Below the pieces are notes generated by a model. That model was given only the letters and a program-made list of their open reading frames with translations, was not told the DNA's origin and searched no databases. 64,000 bases of DNA from Bacteroidales bacterium (GTDB lineage Bacteria > Bacteroidota > Bacteroidia > Bacteroidales > UBA1715): assembly GCA_012519815.1 (NCBI GenBank), contig JAAYPM010000112.1, forward strand, positions 2,330 to 66,329, written 5' to 3'. A program made the translations under genes and the position numbers. Below are positions 59,192 through 64,000 of the stretch, piece by piece; positions within the stretch are counted from its first letter, which is position 1, and every line of letters begins with the position of its first letter.

Positions 59192-59656
59192 ATGAGTACA
59201 GTTCGAATAACGAAAGAATTTGTTTTTGACATGGCACATGCATTATATAAATATGATGGGCTTTGTAAAAATATTCATGGACACACCTATAAATTGCAAG
59301 TAACATTGCAAGGTGAAATAAACACAGATGAAAATTCAACTAAAAATGGAATGGTGATTGATTTTGGTGAATTAAAAAATATTGTAAAGCCCGAAATTGT
59401 TGATAAATTTGATCATGCACTTGTGGTAAATGTTGCTCACGATATGAAAGCGGATATATCTCATTATCAAGAAGCAGATAAATTTATTGAATTGCCGTTT
59501 CAACCAACTACCGAAAATCTTGTTGTGTATTTTGCATCTATTATTCAAAATAAATTACCACAACATGTACGAGTTTTTAGTATTCGTTTATACGAAACTC
59601 CAACATCATGGGCAGAATGGTTTGCTGATGATAATGCGCATTCTAAAAATCTATAA
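59192..59656 (+). CDS. queD: 6-carboxy-5,6,7,8-tetrahydropterin synthase (PTPS family)
   Basis: 154 aa. Contains FDMAHAL, the CKNIHGHTYKL zinc/catalytic motif, and ENL...ETP. Confidence 0.88.
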   Translation: MSTVRITKEFVFDMAHALYKYDGLCKNIHGHTYKLQVTLQGEINTDENSTKNGMVIDFGELKNIVKPEIVDKFDHALVVNVAHDMKADISHYQEADKFIELPFQPTTENLVVYFASIIQNKLPQHVRVFSIRLYETPTSWAEWFADDNAHSKNL

Positions 59657-59667
59657 ATTAATGTATT

Positions 59668-61413
59668 ATGAGCACAGAATCTATTAAAACAAATTATCCT
59701 GCTTTATACACTCTTGTTATTATATTTTTTTTCTGGGGATTTATTGCGGCTGGAAATACTGTTTTTATCCCATTTTGCAAGCATTATTTTTCACTCGATC
59801 AATTTCAATCACAATTAATAGAATTTGCGTTTTATACTGCATATTATATTGGAGCACTTGGTTTATTCGCATATAGTTCGTTTACACAGAGTGATTTAGT
59901 TGGCAGATGGGGATATAAACGAAGCATTGTGTATGGATTACTTTTTTCTGCACTTGGAGCTGTTGCTATGATATTTGCCGTATTATCAAATATGTATGTA
60001 AGTATGCTTGTAGGATTGTTTATTGTAGCACTCGGTTTTTCGTTACAACAAACCGCTGCCAATCCGTTTGCTGTTTTGTTGGGCGACCCAAAAACAGGCA
60101 GCAGTAGAATTAATCTTACTGGAGGGGTAAATTCATTAGGAACAACTATAGGACCTATCATATTAGGATTGGCTTTGTTTGGAGGAATAACTGAAATAAC
60201 AAATGAGCAAATTATTCATTTAGAACTCGATAAAGTGGTGTTGTTATATGTGGGAGTGGGTATTTTGTTTTTGTTTGCAGCTGCACTGTTCTTTTTTTCA
60301 AAAAAAGTACCGAGTGGTTTTCAAACAGAAAAAATTGAAAATGCTCATAAAGCATTAAAAATGTTGTTTGTAGTAACGGCATTGCTGTTTATAATGTTTA
60401 TTCCTGTGTTTAATTCATACAAAAGTGATGATGTAAAACAAATTGAAACTATAGAAATGCACATATCTGATTTACAGCTTTTACGTGAAAATACAACGCA
60501 GGAAAATCAACACGAATATTCTACACAAATAGCTGATTTGCAGCAACAAAAAAACAGCATATCGGAACCGCTTGAACAAAAACGCATGTTTTTACTCATA
60601 GGTGCATTTTGTGCAGTGGTGGGAGGTTTATTATTTGCTAAAAAAAGGTCAAAACATGCTGCTGCAGGATGGGGAGCTATGCAATATCCTCAATTAATCT
60701 TAGGAATGGTAGCTATTTTTATGTACGTAGGTGTTGAGGTGGGCATAGGCAGTAATTTAGGAGAACTTATGAATAAAACGTTTGGATACGAATCGTCGCA
60801 AATAGCACCGTTTATTTCAATGTTTTGGGGAAGCCTTATGATTGGTCGTTGGGCAGGAGCTGTGCATGTATTTAATTTGAAAAAAACAACACAAACAATT
60901 GCTCTTATTGCTGCACCGCTTGTTGCATTTTTTTTAATACTTGGCTTAAACATACTTTCTGGACATAATGTGCAAATACTTTATTATTATATAGTGTGTG
61001 TATGTGTGCAAATTATTGCGTTTTTATGGTGCAAAGGAAAACCAATACGAAGTTTATTTGTGTTTGCAACGCTTGGTATAATTGCTATGACTATTGGTCT
61101 TGTAACAGAAGGAACAGTAGCAATATATGCGTTTTTATCGGGAGGATTATTTTGCAGTATTATGTGGCCTTCAATTTTTAGTTTATCTATTATTGGACTT
61201 GGGAAATACACTTCGCAAGGGTCTGCATTTTTAGTTATGATGATTTTAGGAGGAGGTATTATTCCCTCAATTCAAGGTAAATTAGCCGATATTATAGGAA
61301 TTCATCAATCGTATATTATTCCAATTATATGCTTTGCATACATTGCTTTTTTTGCTTTTGCGGTGCGTAAGGTGTTGCAAAAACAAAAAATTGATGTTGA
61401 TAGTGTTGAATAA
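59668..61413 (+). CDS. MFS sugar transporter, FHS (fucose/glucose-galactose permease) family, with an enlarged central region
   Basis: 581 aa. The N-terminus FFFWGFIAAGNTVFIPFCK and the overall FHS pattern are recognised. About 130 extra residues lie in the middle. Confidence 0.75.
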   Translation: MSTESIKTNYPALYTLVIIFFFWGFIAAGNTVFIPFCKHYFSLDQFQSQLIEFAFYTAYYIGALGLFAYSSFTQSDLVGRWGYKRSIVYGLLFSALGAVAMIFAVLSNMYVSMLVGLFIVALGFSLQQTAANPFAVLLGDPKTGSSRINLTGGVNSLGTTIGPIILGLALFGGITEITNEQIIHLELDKVVLLYVGVGILFLFAAALFFFSKKVPSGFQTEKIENAHKALKMLFVVTALLFIMFIPVFNSYKSDDVKQIETIEMHISDLQLLRENTTQENQHEYSTQIADLQQQKNSISEPLEQKRMFLLIGAFCAVVGGLLFAKKRSKHAAAGWGAMQYPQLILGMVAIFMYVGVEVGIGSNLGELMNKTFGYESSQIAPFISMFWGSLMIGRWAGAVHVFNLKKTTQTIALIAAPLVAFFLILGLNILSGHNVQILYYYIVCVCVQIIAFLWCKGKPIRSLFVFATLGIIAMTIGLVTEGTVAIYAFLSGGLFCSIMWPSIFSLSIIGLGKYTSQGSAFLVMMILGGGIIPSIQGKLADIIGIHQSYIIPIICFAYIAFFAFAVRKVLQKQKIDVDSVE

Positions 61414-61442
61414 TAGTGTAATATCGTGCGTTTGCTGTAAGA

Positions 61443-61463
61443 TGTGTATATGAATTATACACA
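61443..61463 (+). terminator. Possible weak terminator hairpin after the MFS gene
   Basis: TGTGTATA (61443-61450) / TATACACA (61456-61463) with a 5-nt loop. The downstream sequence is AT-rich but there is no strong T-run. Confidence 0.3.
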
Positions 61464-61498
61464 ATAAATTGCTGTTTTTATAGGAAAATACAAGTAAA

Positions 61499-62746
61499 AT
61501 GAAATTTGAACAATACGCTATAAGTCGTAAAATTAAAGATAGTTTGCGTGAACTGTCGTTTGTGAAACCTACTGATATTCAATATAAAGCTATTCCTTCT
61601 ATTTTAAAAGGCGAAGATGTTTTGGCAATTGCACAAACTGGAACTGGAAAAACAGCAGCATTTGCAATTCCTGCAATTAATATATTATATACACAAAAGC
61701 GGTCATCTTCATTTAAAGGAGTTCGATGTGTGGTAATGGAACCAACTCGTGAATTAGTAATTCAAACAGCACGAAATTTTCAATTAATTGGAAAATATAC
61801 CAACATATCTATTTTAGGACTGTTTGGCGGAGTTGAACAAGACCCACAAATTGCGAAATTAAAAAAAGGTGTTGATGTATTAATTGCAACACCCGGACGA
61901 TTATTTGATTTAATAAGTCAGGGATATGTTGATTTGCGAGCATTACAATTGCTTATTCTTGACGAAGCTGATCATATGCTTGATTTAGGATTTATTGATG
62001 ATATTCGTCAACTTATTCGATATCTTCCTCAAAAACGACAAACTCTTTTCTTTTCGGCTACAATTAATCCTGAAATTAAAAAATTAGCATATTCGCTTGT
62101 GCATAAGCCTGTTCGCATTCAAATCTCTCCCAAAGATCCTGTTTCAAAAAATGTTGACCATTATGTGAGTTTTATTCAAAAAGATGATAAACGCTTTTTT
62201 TTAGAACAATGTATAAAAAATAATGCTGAACATAAAATCCTTGTGTTTGTACGCACAAAAGTACGAGCCGAGCGAGTAAAAAAAGCTATGGGACGCGTTG
62301 AAATACAAGCAGAAACAATACATGGTGATAAAGAGCAAAAAGAACGAAGCGCAATAATGAGAAAATTTTCGTCGGGAGAAATTAAAGTATTAATTGCAAC
62401 AGATATTTCGGCACGAGGTATTGATATTGCAAACATTAGCTTTGTTGTTAATTATGATTTGCCCGACATTCCCGAAAATTATGTGCACCGTATTGGACGA
62501 ACGGGGCGAGGAACAAAACGCGGAAATGCTCTGTCATTTTGTAGCACTGAAGAAAAAGAAATTTTGAGTGAAATTGAAACATTCCTTGGAACCCCTATTA
62601 CTATTATTTCATTAGACAAATATCAATATCAAGAAACTATTGAGAGTTCTCACGCAGTAACACATGATATGCAAGCCTTGCTACGCGATGTTGAGAGTTT
62701 TGAAGAGATTGCTCGTAAAAAAGCAAAATCTAAAAAGAAAAAATAA
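61499..62746 (+). CDS. DEAD-box ATP-dependent RNA helicase (RhlE-like)
   Basis: 415 aa. Contains the Q-motif and AQTGTGKT, PTRELV, DEAD, SAT and HRIGRTGRG, plus a Lys-rich tail. Confidence 0.95.
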   Translation: MKFEQYAISRKIKDSLRELSFVKPTDIQYKAIPSILKGEDVLAIAQTGTGKTAAFAIPAINILYTQKRSSSFKGVRCVVMEPTRELVIQTARNFQLIGKYTNISILGLFGGVEQDPQIAKLKKGVDVLIATPGRLFDLISQGYVDLRALQLLILDEADHMLDLGFIDDIRQLIRYLPQKRQTLFFSATINPEIKKLAYSLVHKPVRIQISPKDPVSKNVDHYVSFIQKDDKRFFLEQCIKNNAEHKILVFVRTKVRAERVKKAMGRVEIQAETIHGDKEQKERSAIMRKFSSGEIKVLIATDISARGIDIANISFVVNYDLPDIPENYVHRIGRTGRGTKRGNALSFCSTEEKEILSEIETFLGTPITIISLDKYQYQETIESSHAVTHDMQALLRDVESFEEIARKKAKSKKKK

Positions 62747-62819
62747 ATGTACTATAATTCATGTTTTTTTTATTAGCTCTTCGTATTAAATAAAAAAAGT
62801 GTATTTTTGCACCGTCTTT

Positions 62820-62903
62820 GCCCAGGTGTTGGAACTGGTAGACAAGCATGGTTGAGGGCCATGTGCTCGTACGAGCGTGCAGGTTCAAGTCCTGTTCTGG
62901 GCA
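62820..62903 (+). tRNA. tRNA-Leu (anticodon GAG), type II with a long variable arm
   Basis: Acceptor GCCCAGG/TCTGGGC (one G-U pair), anticodon stem CATGG/CCATG with loop TTGAGGG, variable arm TGCTCGTACGAGCGTG, T-arm GCAGG-TTCAAGT-CCTGT, discriminator A. CCA is not encoded. Confidence 0.93.
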
Positions 62904-63100
62904 CTTTTGTTTGTCTCGCAACACAAAATCACACATAAAAATTTTTCATATTACATCTGTTATAACAATGAAAGAAGGGGGAAGTATTATACTGTTTTTG
63001 TTGATTTTTTAAAGAAATGATGTGTAAGTTCCTTGTATCTGCATAAGAGGGTTTGGGGCATTGAATAATTGAACATATATTTGACCAAAATTTACAGTCT

Positions 63101-63994
63101 ATGTGGTTATTTCTCACCTTTGTTTCTGCTTTTTTTATAGGATTTTACGAACTTGCTAAAAAACATGCTGTGCAGCAAAACGCCGTGTGGTTAGTCTTAC
63201 TCTATACTTCGCTTACGGGAGCTGCCATTTTTGCTCCGTTTATTATATTATCTAAACTCCAAATTCTTTCAGAAGATTTTATTTTATACGTTCCTCCAAT
63301 TACTATACGCGAACACGGATTTATTCTTATAAAAACCTGTTTGGTGCTTACCTCATGGGTGCTTTCGTACTTTGCGCTAAAGCATTTGCCTATTACTATA
63401 GCTGCTCCTATTCGTTCTACCTCGCCACTATGGACTATTTTTGGAGCATTAGTATTGTATGGCGAATTATTATCCCTTCAGCAATGGATTGGCGTAATAG
63501 TTACACTCGGATTTTTCTTTATGTTTTCGTTAGCTGGCAAGCGAGAGGGTATTCATTTTACATCTAATGTGTGGGTGTGGTTGGCTCTATTAGCTACTAT
63601 GTTTTCATCGTCGAGTGCCCTGTTTGATAAGCATCTTATCCGCAATATAGATAAAGTAGCTGTGCAGGCATATTTTACAGTTTATCAGGTAGTTTTGCTA
63701 TTTCCGGTAGTGTTTACTATTCGCCGCCTGCAGCCCAAGCCTCAAACCTTAGATTGGCGTTGGTCTATTCCTATTATAGCTATATTTCTATTACTTGCCG
63801 ACTTTTTCTATTTCGCTGCACTCAATCAGCCCGATTCTTTACTTGCGGTTGTTTCTACTATTAGGCGTGGCAGTGTGCTTATTACCTTTGGATTTGGAGC
63901 ATGGCTGTTTAAAGAAAAAAACGTATGGAGAAAAAGCATCTATCTCATAGGAATTTTAATTGGATTACTTATTTTACTCTTGAGCAATGGATAG
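63101..63994 (+). CDS. EamA/DMT-family transporter
   Basis: 297 aa with about 10 TM segments arranged as two EamA-like halves. Confidence 0.8.
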   Translation: MWLFLTFVSAFFIGFYELAKKHAVQQNAVWLVLLYTSLTGAAIFAPFIILSKLQILSEDFILYVPPITIREHGFILIKTCLVLTSWVLSYFALKHLPITIAAPIRSTSPLWTIFGALVLYGELLSLQQWIGVIVTLGFFFMFSLAGKREGIHFTSNVWVWLALLATMFSSSSALFDKHLIRNIDKVAVQAYFTVYQVVLLFPVVFTIRRLQPKPQTLDWRWSIPIIAIFLLLADFFYFAALNQPDSLLAVVSTIRRGSVLITFGFGAWLFKEKNVWRKSIYLIGILIGLLILLLSNG

Positions 63995-64000
63995 TAAAAA

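Noticed and set aside
59108-59239. N-terminal 44-aa extension of the alkaline phosphatase ORF that overlaps the queD start
   Set aside because: The internal Met at 59107 gives a classic lipoprotein signal (MKFILILSIFACFFQSC) and leaves an 84-bp divergent promoter region.

Overview
This is a 64-kb AT-rich chromosomal window that looks like a Bacteroidota genome. Supporting signs are TTG-N19-21-TAnnTTTG promoters, many lipoprotein and Sec signals, a T9SS C-terminal sorting domain, an LptF/G-family permease, LpxK and RpoN. About 45 genes are present, and most are ordinary housekeeping: tgt, bacterioferritin-like protein plus catalase, thrC, gapA, a TatD-like hydrolase, HU, a porin plus PiT phosphate transporter, rnhB, rpoN, folK, sppA, lpxK, acpH, polA, RNase P RNA, alkaline phosphatase, queD, an MFS sugar transporter, a DEAD-box helicase, tRNA-Leu(GAG) and an EamA transporter. 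Five regions are worth a second look. (1) A 4.1-kb mosaic insert bounded by IS remnants (35247-39391) sits between acpH and a hybrid sensor kinase. It is bracketed by a 226-bp direct duplication of the target whose substitution pattern is almost purely synonymous in the kinase frame. It carries a GH16 gene, a frameshifted tail-fibre-chaperone/T9SS-CTD gene, a lipoprotein gene and two gene fragments. (2) Two adjacent giant secreted CAZymes (43306-51036) have different catalytic parts: PL14-like plus CBM plus GH26 in one, GH9-like in the other. Both share the same three-part non-catalytic C-terminal half, ending in an unrecognised tandem GWN(L/M)I...KGY module. They lie next to the hybrid kinase and there is no SusC/D pair. 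(3) A 1501-aa orphan sensor kinase has an extracytoplasmic half resembling the TPR/PD40/CarboxypepD_reg part of OmpA-family proteins. (4) A four-gene exported cluster (6698-10825) includes a lipase-like hydrolase with a very large insertion. (5) A secreted nucleoside-hydrolase/FmdE fusion sits directly upstream of tgt. I saw no CRISPR array, rRNA, prophage or recognisable defence system. All homology calls come from motif recognition by eye and none has been checked against a database.
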